This document shows positions 47,656 through 61,312 of a stretch of DNA of 64,000 nucleotides, one piece after another. The stretch is from NCBI GenBank assembly GCA_964016885.1, contig CAXHJY010001116.1, positions 12,007 to 76,006 on the forward strand. Reading direction: 5' to 3'. The position numbers and the translations under genes were made by a program. The notes beneath the pieces were generated by a model. The model saw only the letters and a list, made by a program, of their open reading frames with translations, did not search any database and was not told where the DNA came from. Position 1 is the stretch's first letter; each line of letters begins with the position of its first letter. This stretch comes from Eledone cirrhosa. Lineage: Eukaryota.

Positions 47656-48246
47656 CTATAAAGAATTATAAAGAGTTTGTAATGTCATTTATACAACTGT
47701 GAATAATAAATACCAGCTTAATAACTACAATCTGATAAGTATACTGTCACATAAACCTTTCCATCGACCAGATATTGTTACGGTGTAAATATCTCAACAA
47801 AATGGGCGAATGGATGCATTTGTCATATGACCAAAATACACAACAGTTGAGAATGCAAGCATGGAAGATAAACGTTAAATGATGATGATGATGATATGTA
47901 TGTGTGTATGTATGAGTGTGTGTGTGTAATATGTTTCTTGATTAGATATATACATTATAATATATATATATATATATACACACACACATATATATATATA
48001 TGAGTGTATGTATAATACATTTATTGTATACATATATACTACACACATATATATCTGTATTCATGTATGTATGTAATATTTACATATATAAATTATGTAT
48101 ATATGTCTGTGTATGTATATATATTATATTATATATATGTAGCGAGATTTATGTATGCATATAATATATAAACAAGCCACATATGTTTTCATATTACAGC
48201 TTTTATTATGAGTCACATGTTAGTGCTACTGTTATATATATATAAT

Positions 48247-48592
48247 GGAGGCACATGGCTTAGTGGTTAGAGCATTGGCCTTGCAATCAAAAGGTTGTGA
48301 GTTCAATTCTCAGACCGGGTGATGTGTTGTTTCCTTGAGCAAGACACTTTATTTCACATTGCTCCAGTTTACTCAGCTGTAGAAATGAGATGATAGGGAC
48401 TGGGGTCCCTATCATTCCACTGCAAAGTGGTCGTGGAGGTGCCACGGCAAAAAAGCACCCAGCACTCACTGTAAATGAGGTTGGTGTTAGGAAGGGCATC
48501 CAGCTGTAGAAATCAAGCCAGAATCAGTTCCCGTCCCACCCATGCGAGCAGGGAAAAGTGGACGTAAAATGAAATGATGAAATGAAATGATG

Positions 48593-48593
<1 letters not shown>
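48247..48593 (+). mobile_element. SINE family B
   Basis: Near-identical to 23779-24122. Confidence 0.9.
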
Positions 48594-48625
<32 letters not shown>

Positions 48626-49010
48626 AAATATTAAACAAATAATGAACAAACAATTCCTTATATTAAACAAAAAAAGTTCACTATTTAACGATCGTTTCTA
48701 GGGTATATATGTGTTATAATTGGTATGCATATTTAACAGATCTATGTACAAAATTATACAAAATTATACAAATTATCAAGATTAAATATACATACCTAAC
48801 TCATATATACGCCGTCTTCAGAAATATATTTTTTTTTTTGTTTAATATAAGGAATTGTTTGTTCATTATTTGTTTAATATTTTATCTTGACTCTGTATAC
48901 CGTTTATCTTTCACCGAAATTGGATTTTCATTACATCTCTTCTTTCCATGATATCCGGAATACATTGAGTTCTTCATACGGATTGGACACTACCGTAAAC
49001 TCTTGGTAGA
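48626..49010. mobile_element. Penelope-like fragment: ~50-bp perfect inverted repeat enclosing a hammerhead core
   Basis: AAATATTAAACAAATAATGAACAAACAATTCCTTATATTAAACAAAAAAA (~48627-48676) has its reverse complement at ~48833-48882. (TA)n lies on both sides. Confidence 0.65.
48682..48826 (-). ncRNA. Putative hammerhead with very long loop II
   Basis: UAUUU-CUGAAGA (48821-48815) ... GGCGUAUAUAU/AUAUAUACCC stem II around a ~90-nt loop ... GAAAC-GAUC-GUU|AAAUA. 5-bp stem I and palindromic ACGAUCGU stem III. Confidence 0.45.
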
Positions 49011-49016
49011 TTTATC

Positions 49017-49095
<79 letters not shown>

Positions 49096-49574
49096 TTTAT
49101 TGTGATCACATTATTATAGTGCACATATTTCTGATTTCAAATTTTGCCAATGCTTCTTAGACCACTATGTTTACAAACCCACACACACAAACACACATAC
49201 ATACATCACATTACACCATGATAAACAGGCAAAACTTCACAGTAACAAGACTCATAATTTAGCCTTACTAAAATGAATATTAAAACCCTACTTCGGTATT
49301 GAGTACTCTTTTCTCTCAATCGTCAACCAGATACAGATACATATACATATATATATATATATATATATCCAAAATTAAATTAAGGGTTGTCATGTCGACT
49401 GTAGAATAAGCTCAAAGATTCCAATGAATAGATCCGAGCATTTCATATCAACTAAAAATAGATTGACATATATATAAAATAAACATATGGAACAATCACA
49501 GGGAATAATTTGTAAAGAATGTAAGCACACATAGCTAGGTAGGTAGCCAATTAAAGTTTAACTAGAACTTCAAA

Positions 49575-49960
49575 TATACAGGAAGGTGTGGGACAGGCAG
49601 ATGGTGTCAAATACCAAGGCATACCCTGGGGAAGAATGTACCCCCACAGCATAGGTTAGTCGTTAGTGATGTCTCAGTAAGCAAGAGACGGAATGAGACA
49701 TACAGGAAGGTGTAAGACAGGCAGATGGTGTCAAATACCAAGGCATACCCTGGGGAAGAATGTACCCCACAGCATAGGTTAGTCGTTGGTGATATCTCAG
49801 TAAGCAAGAGACGGAATGAGACATACAGGAAGGTGTGGGACAGGCAGATGGTGTCAAATACCAAGGCATACCCTGGGGAAGAATGTACCCCACAGCATAG
49901 GTTAGTCGTTAGTGATATCTCAGTAAGCAAGAGGCGGAATGAGTCATACAGGAAGGTGTG
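49575..49960 (+). repeat. 123-bp tandem triplication of RTE endonuclease-domain coding sequence
   Basis: CAGGAAGGTGT recurs at 49579, 49703, 49826 and 49949. The unit encodes DRQMVSNTKAYPGEECTPQHRLVVSDI. Confidence 0.9.
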
Positions 49961-51183
49961 GAGAAGAAAGGTCTGGAAGCTTAAAAACCTTTCACTTAAA
50001 TACAAATTTAGGAAAGCCCTTCAAGATGTGTATGACGAAAAAGAAGACGATTTAGAGTCGTATGACATAGATGATAACTGGAATATCTTACGTGACAACT
50101 TACTGCAGGCTACTGATGAAACTTGTGGCTGGAGCAGAGCTCCAACCAGACAGAGAGTGACCTGGTGATGGAACAGCACGGTAAATATAGCCATTAGAGA
50201 CAAAAGACTGGTGGGAGTATAAAACTGATGGATCAGGTTATGAAAGTGGCAGAAAGGATATTAGCACAAATAATTAGAGAAAGGGTCAAACTAGATGAGA
50301 TGCAGTTTGGTTTTGTGCCTCGGAAAAGTACAACAGATGCCCTCTTCTTGGTGAGACAATTACAAGTGAGGTTCTTAGAGAAGAATAAGCCACTATACTT
50401 AGCTTTTGTTGACCTAAAAAAGGCCTTTGATAGGGTACACAAGAGATGTAGTGGGATAGCAGACAAACTAACAGGTAGGGAGAAATACATATGCAGTAGA
50501 TGTACATGGAAATTAGACAGTAGAAGTCACATTGATAGACACATTTTTCAAATGCAGGTAGGTGCTATAGAAGTGGTTGATAGCTACCGGTACCTAGGAG
50601 GTCAGATTAGCATGGGAGGGGGTGTTCCGCGGCCATAGTATCTAGAATAAGGACGGGTTGGAAGAAGTTTAGGGAGCTGCTTCCTCTGCTGACGAAGAAG
50701 GGTTTCTCCCTGCGTACAAAAGGCCAGTTATATGATGCCTGTGTGAGGAGCGCGATACTGCATGGTAGTGAGACATGGGCAGCAACTGCAGAGGATATGC
50801 GACGGCTGGAGGGAAATGAGGCAAACATGCTCCGTTGGATGTGCAATGTCAATGTGAGTGAACGACTGAGCATGGATGTGTTGAGAGGGATAGATTGTAG
50901 TGTGCGAGAGAGGAGACTGCGAAGGTATGGACATGTGATGCGCATGGAGGATGACCGATGGGTGAAGAAGTGCCAGCAAATGGCAGTTGAAGGAAGACAT
51001 GGTAGAGGTAGACCACAAAAAACATGGGCGGAGGTGGTGAGAGCAGACCTCAGATCGTTGAAGCTCATGGTGGAGATGACAAAGGACCGTGACAAGTGGA
51101 GAGATGCTGTGCTGAATAGGACCTGTCCCACTCTTGCAAGCAGAGAAAAGCGGACATATGATGATGATGATGATTATGATGAT
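49575..51183 (+). mobile_element. RTE-clade LINE with internal deletions
   Basis: APE end (PQHRLVV), RT start (LDEMQFGFVPRKSTTDALFLVRQL..LAFVDLKKAFDRV), YRYLG, RSAILHGSETW, RRLRRYGHVMR, GRGRPQKTW and a (GAT)n tail. Confidence 0.92.
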
Positions 51184-51732
51184 CGTTTGTTTCTAATATT
51201 AAACTTGTTTCAACAACTTAATTCCTAATTAACAACTGTCAACTTTTTGATTAATGTTAAATTGATTTGGATTTCAACATTTCTGACATTTTGTTCTAAA
51301 TGGAAGTTAGGAAACTTAAGGATTGCTTTTGTATAATATTCCTAAAGAGTTCAAATATACTGAAAAGAAAAGCAACAACACCAGAACTGGCAACTTAGAA
51401 ATGGCTATGATATTGGAATGGGGTATAGCTGTAGTGTTATTATAACAAATACGATTTTATTATATTCTATGGCAAACCACTTGAAAAGATAACAACTTAT
51501 AGATTTAAATAAGCAGAAGGAATGTGCATTCAGTTGAAATTGGTTTGTATTTATATGGTTGATAGAAAATTATTCGACAGCAGTTCTGCTCTTGCACCTC
51601 ATCTCCACCCCATGTCTGTATGGTCCTGTAACTTCTGATAGAGTCGTAGGGGCACCGTATTGACATATGGCATTTCTTGGGAATTTTAAGCCTCTCCAGG
51701 CCAGAGTACAGCAGATTTCTTCTAGAGAAGCC

Positions 51733-51920
51733 CATGGTGGAGATGACAAAGGACCGTGACAAGTGGAGAGATGCTGTGCTGAATAGGACCTGTCCCACCC
51801 TTGCAAGCAGGGAAAAGTGGACGTATGATGATGATGATGATTATTATGATGATCGTTTGTTTCTAATACGAGACTTGTTTCAACAACTTAATTCCTAATT
51901 AACAACTGTCAACTTTTTGA
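51733..51920 (+). mobile_element. Duplicate of the RTE 3' end plus ~70 bp of downstream flank
   Basis: Matches 51066-51250, including the post-tail sequence CGTTTGTTTCTAATA...AACAACTGTCAACTTTTTGA. Confidence 0.85.
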
Positions 51921-52099
51921 GATAGGAAATGAGAAAGAGGTATAGAGGATGAATCGACCCCAGTCATACTTTTTATTATCAATCTTGAAAGGATAAAAGG
52001 CAGAGAGCCACAACAAATACCATAAATAATTCTATTCGATGTTCTAACAACTCTGCCAATATGTTGCCTAATAATTTTATAGGAAAGGAAATATCCCAT

Positions 52100-52374
52100 A
52101 ACTCCTTATGGAGTCGTAGATGCACCGTCATATGGCGTGTCTAGGGCACATTTAAACCTGACGGAGCCCAATCCTCTCCAGATCTGAACACAGCCAATTT
52201 TTTCTATAAGGGAAGAATTGACCCCAGCACTTGACTGGTACTATTTTTATCAACCGCGAAAGGATGAAGGGCAAATTTGACTTCGGCAGGATTTGAACTC
52301 TGCAAGCAGAGAGTCAAAACGAATAGAATAAAACATTCTATCCAACATTTTAATGACTCTGCCAATTCGCCACC
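52100..52374 (-). mobile_element. SINE A2 (older variant)
   Basis: Reverse A2 tail (GGAGTCGTAG...CCTCTCCAGATCTGAACACAGC), core and head. Confidence 0.65.
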
Positions 52375-52720
52375 ATAATAATTTGATACAAACAGATAAA
52401 TAAATAAATTAAAAAAAGTCGTCAAACATATTGGAATCTGGCATAACTACTTTTTTTTTTTCTGAATGGCTGACTGAACAGAAAACTGCTGAAGAAAACT
52501 TAACAAGCTTCTTGTATAACGCCAGAAAAGTGCATTTGTTAAGAAAGTTCCTTTATGGAAATAATCCAAATGATGTTGTATTGTTATATTTAGTATTAGG
52601 ATATAATCCGCAAACGAAGTTTATTAACTGCAGCAATTAAGGTTTGGCCATTTCCTTGAAAGTTTATCATCGTTATATTGGAATTTGAAATTGGTTCATA
52701 TAGATATAGATATCTGAATG

Positions 52721-52863
52721 TGTACATATATATATATATACATACATATACATATATATATATACACACACATATACATATATATATATACACACATACA
52801 TATACATATATATATACACACACATACATATATATATATACACACACACATATACATATATAT

Positions 52864-52894
<31 letters not shown>

Positions 52895-53205
52895 CATATA
52901 TACACACATATATATATATATATATACACATATATATGTATATACATACACATATATGTATATATATACACATATTTATACATACAGACGCACATATATA
53001 TACATATATACATATATACACATATATATACATATATACACACACATATATATATATATATACATATATACACACACATATATATATACATACATATATA
53101 CACACACATATATATATATATACATACATATATACACATATATATATACATATATACACATATATATATACATATATACACACTTATATGTATATATACA
53201 TATTT

Positions 53206-53238
<33 letters not shown>

Positions 53239-53270
53239 CATATATATATACATATACATATATATATATA
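52721..53270. repeat. (TA)n/(CA)n compound microsatellite
   Basis: Direct reading. Confidence 0.95.
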
Positions 53271-54068
53271 CTTATTATTAAAATATGGGGCTAACTGACC
53301 AGGGATGTGTGGACCACACACATACACATATATGTATGTATATATATATGTGTGTATGTGTATATACACATGTATGCATATATATTAGGGGGAAGGTACA
53401 TCTGTATATATGTTTGTGTGTGTGTGCATGCATACATATGAGAGGGAATGTATATATGCATTGGAAAAAGGCTGGATGAATAGAAAGACAAATAGACACA
53501 CAGACAGATGGATGGTTGTTTAAATTGATTAAATAAATAAATAACTCATTCTATACACCTATTTATTAATTGCCACAATGTGTAGGTGAAGTTTTGTTAC
53601 TCTCAGCAAGGAGAGCTCTATGTAAAAAATTATTAAATAACTATTTGAATGTTTTATCAGTGTGTAGTGGTGAGTTCAAATCCTACCGCAAAGTCTAAGT
53701 AGGGACCTTAATAGGTTCGTCCAGGTTTACCTTTGACAAACTATATGAAAATGAAGTTTAGTGTTCAGGGATGTTGTAACTTGTGATATAGATTTTTTTT
53801 AGTTTTGGGTTAAGATTTTTAAATTTCATATTGTAACTAGAGACCTTGATAGTTTCGTCCAATTTTACCTTGACAAACTTATCTAGATGAAGATTAGTCA
53901 ATGGAGTGTTATTAGTTTGCTTGAAGCATTGTTGAATTAAATTAAATCTACCTTCCTAACAACAAGTCATCTCCGACCAGTCCTTTAAGACCTTCACAGG
54001 GTTACTCCCTTGATAATGTTGATAATGGGTTTTTTAAACTCAAAAATATTTGGGATGATTAAATTTGC

Positions 54069-54085
54069 TATACATATATACATAC

Positions 54086-54138
<53 letters not shown>

Positions 54139-54630
54139 CATACATATACATATATACATATATATATATATACATACATACATATACATATATATATACA
54201 TACATACATACATATACATATATACATATACATATACATACATATATACATACATACATATATATATATATACATACATACATATATATATATATACATA
54301 CATATATATATATATACATACATATATACATACATACATATATATATACATACATATATACATACATATATATATATATATATACATACATACATATATA
54401 CATACATACATATATACATACATACATATATACATACATACATATATACATACATACATATATATATATACATACATACATATATATATATACACATACA
54501 TATATACATACATATATATATACAAATACATACGTACATATATATATATACATACATACATATATATACGTACATACACATATACATACATACTCATATA
54601 CATATATATATATATATAAATAAATATATG
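54069..54630. repeat. (TA)n/(TACA)n compound microsatellite
   Basis: Direct reading. Confidence 0.95.
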
Positions 54631-57114
54631 CATTCACCTTACTGCTATCCTCTTTCTCTCTCCCCCTTCTCTATCCTTCACCTCTTGCTTTCCTCCACTC
54701 CCGCGGCTGGCCCCTTCCTCACACTTTCACTCACTCACTCTCTGCTACTCCTCCTCTCTCACTGCCTACCGTCTGACCTGCATGAATTTCTTTCCTCTCA
54801 CTTTTCTCGTGGCTTGGACGCGTCTGTTTCTTCTCGTCATTTGATTTGTCGGACTTAAGCCCACAAGATTCATTGAGTTGTCTCTCTTTTCTTCTCTTTA
54901 CGTTGCATTACTACCATGTTGTTTGTTTCCTTTCCTCTGTTTTCCTCTGTCCCGATAACTTATTTTAGGTATCTAGTCTTTAATGCGAAGAAATACCAAT
55001 GATAATCAGCAGGCTACTGATGAAGGACATTCTTGTTTCTCGGTCTGTTTTTATTTTTATATATATATATATATGGAATACGTAAAATTTTACGTCTTTC
55101 ATATAATTGTTCTGCATCCTCCTGCATTGAACCACCTAGGTACTATGACATAACTTATGTATTTGCTAGCATTAGTGTACATATGTACGCATATGTTGGT
55201 AGATATACTAATTCTCTCTCTCTATATATATATATATGCATTCACACATACATCACGATTTTTCACACATACACCTACATGTGTGTATGTGTGTATGAGT
55301 ATATGTGTGCAGTCATGTGTTACCATGTAAGTGTTTCCTTATGAATCCAATCACTATTTCTGATATAAAACCATTTAACTTTTTATGCTTAGGTAAAAAA
55401 ACAAACTCAAATATTGACAGTTTATATTAACAGTGATCAGATCACATTTTTACTATTTGCTTCCCTTTCCAATATTATGGGGGTTTTTTTTACTATCTCA
55501 ATCTTTTTCTTTCATTTTTTCCCCCTCTTATTTAATTTTCTTTCTCACTCAATCTGAAAGAAAAATGCTTAAATAAAAGAAAATATATTTCCAAAAATAA
55601 CTTCAAAAAGTTCATCTTTTCCGATGATTTCCATCGCATCTATGAGACTACAGCATCACTTCCTTAGCGTATTCCACGGAGAAATACATCGCGACTCTTA
55701 TTTCTATTCTGGATGAAAATTCTCAAACAGATGTTAACTAGAAATACCAATATAACTGAAGTAGTGTCAAGCTCCTTGGTACGTGTTGTTAATGTTAATT
55801 ATTGGGGCCTTCACTTTCTGCCAGAGTCAGATTTTTACACATCAAAGTAAGTTGTTTGTTCAAATTACATCATTGGTTTCTTAGAAAGATTTTCTAGATA
55901 CAGTATACAGTATGGTGAGGTCTTATTAACTAGTTCAATGTTTCTTCTGTTGGGAATGTACACTCATCTATATTTGGTTTGTGGCCATATAAGAAACTCT
56001 TCTTTAATTCACTCATTCAACTAATACATATTTACACGAATAAACACATACAGATTCACAGATGATATATGTGTGTACGTACATATCGGTAAATAATTTT
56101 ATTTTGAACCATGTATGTAGTAAACACCAAGGGCAGCCAATTTGCAAAGTCATTATGGCGTTGGATTAAAAATTATTTGTGGCATTTGTTTTGGCTAATT
56201 AAATACACCAATAAAGAGGACTTTGTTAAATATTCCAATATATAGGACTTTGTTAAATGTACCAGATAGTTTTGCAGTATCAAATATTAGTTTGTAGTAT
56301 GATATCTAATTTTATTATGCATTTCATTCAAAAGGAAGAATTTGAAAGTATTTAAGAATATATTCAAAACATCAGTGATAATTTGATGATTATGTAGCTA
56401 GATTCTAGCTACATGGGTGTCAGATAAATAGATAACAAAGTTTTTATTTTTCTCCTTTTTACCCCCATCAATTTTTTTCCAGTTTATTAAAACAATAAAT
56501 TAAATGATGAAAGTGTTATATTTGAAAACAAAAAATAGTAAAAACACTAATTTTTAACGGGGAAAGAATTAAAAGGAAATCCACTTCTGGTCAATTAATG
56601 AGTGCTGAAGAAAATAAAGAGAAGAAATCGGACAATTAATTACGGTTCAATAGAACCAATAAACCAAATAATATACAAATAGAAAATTGAAAGCAAGAAT
56701 AGAAAGAAAGAATTCTCGATAAAGAAATCTCATCGTCTTCAGCCATCAACAAGTGTTTTTATAGTAAGACCGATTAAAATATTCAGAAAATATACTATAT
56801 AGAAATAGTGGAAAATACTGCCGAAATCAATATTGATTCTTCGAAGTAACCAATCGATAATCATGATATAAAACCGACTACCCATTGGTAAGGCAACATT
56901 TCCAATAAATAATTTACTGAAATCGTTGTTTTGGGAGAAATATATACAAGGAAAGTTTCGAAGTTTTCAGAATAGGTACATTTACAAAATGATAACATTA
57001 AGTATCTAATATGTATTATACAAAAGTCATATTTTCTTTGTTAGTAAACTATCACCTTCACTACCTATGTTTTTCAATTATGTTTGAAAATAATCAAGTA
57101 TTTGGAGTGATTTA

Positions 57115-57372
57115 ATAATAATGTTTCTACTTTTGGCACAAGGCCAGCAATTAACCCAGTGCATTACTGGTACTTTATTTTATCAACCCAGTGCATTACT
57201 GGTGCTTTATTTTATCAACCCAGTGCATTACTGGTGCTTTATTTTATCAACCCCGTAAGGATGAAAAGCAAAGTTAACCTCAGCAGGATTTGAACTCAGA
57301 ACGTAAAGGGCCGTAACTCTATGCCGCAAAGCATGATGTCTGACACTCTACCGATACTGCCAATCCACTACC
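57115..57372 (-). mobile_element. SINE family A with internal 32-bp triplication
   Basis: CCCAGTGCATTACTGGT(A/G)CTTTATTTTATCAA at 57155, 57187 and 57219. TGATTTA(A/G)TAA flanks both sides. Confidence 0.88.
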
Positions 57373-58130
57373 TGATTTAGTAAGTTCTTACTACTAAATG
57401 AACCACAACGATCATTTCAAACAAAGATATTGATTTTTTTTTTTTTTTTTTTTGATAGACACAACCCTAAATTTTGGAAAAAGGTGTGTTTACCAGCAGA
57501 TAAAATCAAGTCGGAATATCAATGACATTCTTATTGATTTCTAATAAATAAAATCCTATGTCTATAGTTGATATATTTGAATGTAGGAAATTGAAGAAGG
57601 AAACGAAATACTATAAATTCTTTATCTAAATGAACCATTACTGGAACCATATATTGAACAACTGCATTGCATGAGGAATGAGGTGGCAGTGAGGGTAAAA
57701 TTCCATAATCCCAGTGATGATTTGAAAAAGGAAAATCAGATTAACCCTTTAGCATTTAAACTGGCCATATCCAGCCAGAATTCTCTCACCTCTTTCTGTT
57801 TAAACCGGCCGTAACCAGTTGCTCATACTTATATTAAGGTATTGTTCTCTAAATAAACAATATCAAAATCTCATAGATTCAATATTATGTGAGGTATACG
57901 AAAATATAATGGTAAATATAAAGCATGGTATCTGACGCTCTACCCTTACTGCCAATCCAAATAATAATGACGAAAATAATTCTAAATCGAAAGATTTTCT
58001 GATATCTCAAGAGACAAACCATGTGTGACCTTGACTGTACCAGGGCCACAAATGACTGAATTATAATTATAATTACTGAAGTTCCCTGTTCTACTGTAAC
58101 AGAGGATCAGGAAAGTTATATTAATAATAA

Positions 58131-58629
58131 CTAGCTGGACCCGTGAAAAAATTCATGGATAATTTTTAAAATTTAAATATTGTCCAATGAATATTTATCA
58201 GTTAATCAAAGTTGTTTGATTTGCAGTATTTTGGTGAATAAACAATTATATTTTCCTTATGGCATTTCGTTGCTGTTGAACTCTGTTTTTCATATTCTCT
58301 AGATAAAATTCTCTCTCCTCTGGATTCATGTCATTTCTTCTCTCGTGATTTCTGTTTCAATTATTCTGTAGATAAGCCTCTCTCTCCTCTGAATTCATGT
58401 TAATTCTTCTATCATGATCTACGTTTCTTCTATTCTGTAGATAAACCTCTCTCTCCTCTGGATTCATGTTTTTTCTTCTATCATGATCTACGTTTCTTCT
58501 ATTCTGTATATAAGCTTCTCTCTCCTCTGAATTCATGTTATTTCTTCTGTCATGATCTGCGCTTCTTCTAATTACTGAAAGCGTGTCACACACAATCGGA
58601 CATACGGTACAAGCGTATTAATATATAGA
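58131..58629 (-). mobile_element. Non-autonomous Helitron carrying 69-bp coding-like repeats, 499 bp
   Basis: Minus strand: A|TCTATATATTAATACG ... hairpin CCATGAATTTTTTCACGG-GTCCAG-CTAG|T. Internal 69-bp repeats (58413, 58482, 58551) encode DHDRRxNMNxEERExYxQNRRNV. Confidence 0.78.
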
Positions 58630-58969
58630 TTATTGTTGGAAGGTTCTTTTAAAGATTCATGTTTGTGTAAAGAATCGTTGATGACTGTTGTGGATATCTC
58701 CATGTAAATGAAAAGTTTTAATTAAGAGATATGTCAAAGTAATCACATCTTAGAGGAATGTTCTAGGGTTTCACGAAATATTAGTGATGAAGATTGTAAG
58801 AAATTCGATTTTAATTTGTGTCATGTGATGTGATGTTAATTTTCATGTCAATGAGTAAGTTTGTGTATTTTTCCTTCTTCTAATTTGATTCATTATTAAA
58901 TGTTCTTACAGTGATACAATACATGGAAGAGACACCTGTCTAAATTATTTTTCAACCTTTAAATATGAC

Positions 58970-59242
58970 ATTGCATGTCGGGCTGAGGAGGCCAAACTCT
59001 CCGACAGGTTCGCGGTCGTGCTGCCCTTGGCACTGGAGACTTCTGGTGTCCTTGGCCCTAGGGTTACCTCCCTACTCACCACCAGAGGAGCTGAGCTGGC
59101 CAGCCGCAGATGTGAGCCTCGCGAGTTGGAATGGCTCTTCCAGCACATCTCCCTTACCATCCTACGGGGAAACGCCTTCTCCATCCTGTCCGCCGGGGCT
59201 GTGGGGAGGCCAGCACGTGGGAACCCATTTGCTCACCATACA
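58970..59242 (+). mobile_element. CRE-clade non-LTR retrotransposon C-terminal restriction-like endonuclease fragment
   Basis: LPLALETSGVLGP...EPRELEWLFQHISLTILRGNAFSIL matches the P.A.ET.G...QRIS....RGNA..IL signature. Confidence 0.75.
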
Positions 59243-60039
59243 GATTAATAGACAAAGTTATAAACTATTGTTTCTACCGGCTGGAAGTCGGTGTTACAGT
59301 TCTCTGGTTTTCAGTTTTCACGAGATGTATTAGTCATGTGATAGAAATGGCATTGTTATTGTTGTAATTGTAGCTAATCCTCTTGCTGTAGCTGTCATCG
59401 TTGTTATTTTTATGTTTAATTTAATTCCTAAGCAAACCTATGATCAAATGTGTTCTAGCTATAACTGTTATAGTGCTTTTCTTCAACTAGATGCCACAAA
59501 GCACATTGTTTAACGCTCTACCGACTACTGCCAATCCACCACCCTCGTTAATCTCTACACAATAATAATGTAAATTTAGAGTTAGCATTATATATAACTT
59601 TAGACAACATTGCTGATTTAAAATTGTTTTCATCCCAAGTTTTATCAAAGTCTATCGCTCTAGATGTTAATCAATGGTCTGCAACAGTTAGACTGATTTA
59701 TAGGATTCCTTTCCTTTGATATATATTTTTTCACTTACATCATCTAGACCAATTGTAGTTCATTCTTAATGGCTTTACACAATCAGTGTACTTTGATTCC
59801 AATCAAACGAATATTAATATATATTACTAACAAAAACACTGACCTCCTAGTGGTTTTCTGCTAGATTATGTAATATGTATTTATGTGCCAGGACATGCAT
59901 TTAGTGAAAACTAAGCTTTTTATAGAGGCGGTCTTTACTTGCCTCATTGTAGCTACATCACCGGATTGTGAGAGTTTTCTTGGGAGCCAACAGTATCACC
60001 TATTGTTCCATCGCCCCTAGTAGTTTTACCGCTTTTGGT

Positions 60040-60446
60040 CCGGGGTTGTTTATTCGTCCAACAGAGACCCGCTTATATTGCAACTAACAATCATATCTAG
60101 GAAGAAAAACTTAACAACCTCCCATCTGTAACAATAATGAAGCTAAAGGCAAGCAAGGCACTGCCCCCTGGAGCAGATACAGACTATGCAATGTGGAATT
60201 GCCTAAACAGACTAAGATCTAGTAATGGACATGCAAAAATCAATCTTGCAAAATGGGGGTATTTAAAGGATGGAGACATTGTGTGTGACTGTGGCATCGA
60301 ATCACAGACTACACAGCAACTCCTGATATTCCCCAGCATTGGACTTGGCAGAGTTTAATGAGAAACGACAGCAATGTGTTCAGCTGTGGCAGAACCACAT
60401 CTAGCCAAGCTTTGTAACTGACACTGTTGTGGACACAAGAAGAAGA
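60040..60446 (+). mobile_element. RTE-X-like LINE 3' end
   Basis: LPPGAD..YAMWNCLNRLRS..GHAKINLAKWGY....CDCG...QTTQQLL (degenerate zinc knuckle) and terminal GGACACAAGAAGAAGA. Confidence 0.72.
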
Positions 60447-60774
60447 TATCTTATAGTTGAATCACTATCTGTCACATGCAAGAAAACACTATTGTTCACC
60501 AACTATTATTTAGTTTACAATAACTGAATAATTCAACAGAAATAAGTATCTTCCGAACTGCAATCTCAAAATGGTCACAGCTGGTCAGAAATTCAACTAC
60601 TACTTCAATGAATATTCTATAATAACATGCTCACAGAAGAAGGCAACAAATTTGAAGATTCTTAATAAATGAAATGGTCTAGATATAAAATTTACTCTCA
60701 AGAGAACAAACTGTACAATCCTAATTAAAAGTAAAGGGCACACACGTGTGTGTATATAAGTGTATGCCTATAAG

Positions 60775-61106
60775 CATCATCATCATTTCATCATTTCATT
60801 TTACGTCCACTTTTCCCTGCTTACAAGGGTGGGACGGGAACTGATTCTGGCTTGATTTCTACAGCTGGATGCCCTTCCTAACACCAACCTCATTTACAGT
60901 GAGTGCTGGGTGCTTTTTTGCCGTGGCACCTCCACGAATGATAGGGATCCCAGTCCCTATAATCTCATTTCTACAGCTGAGTAAACTGGAGCAACGTGAA
61001 ATAAAGTGTCTTGCTCAAGGAAACAACACATCACCCGGTCTGAGAATTGAACTCACAACCTTTCGATTGCAAAGCCAATGCTCTAACCACTAAGCCATGT
61101 GCCTCT
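60775..61106 (-). mobile_element. SINE family B with 15-bp internal deletion
   Basis: Reverse complement of the B consensus, lacking CCACTTTGCAGTGGA. Confidence 0.9.
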
Positions 61107-61312
61107 ACAAGCATATATATATATTATATATATAATATATATATTATATATATAATATATATATCATATATAATATATAAAATATATATATTATATATAA
61201 AATATAATATATATATAATATATAAATATATCATATATATAATATATATATATATATTATATATGTAATATATATATAATATGTATATATATATATATAT
61301 GTATATATATAT

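Noticed and set aside
53701-53900. Diverged ~139-bp direct duplication
   Set aside because: The similarity is real but looks like an ordinary old local duplication with no sign of function; 35324-35555 is similar.
52596-54858. Long Tyr/Ile/His/Thr ORFs
   Set aside because: These are (TA)n/(CA)n microsatellite translations.
55017-55045. CTGATGAAGGAC hammerhead-like start
   Set aside because: The 3' half of the core is absent. At most it is a truncated Penelope-like end, so it is not called as a ribozyme.
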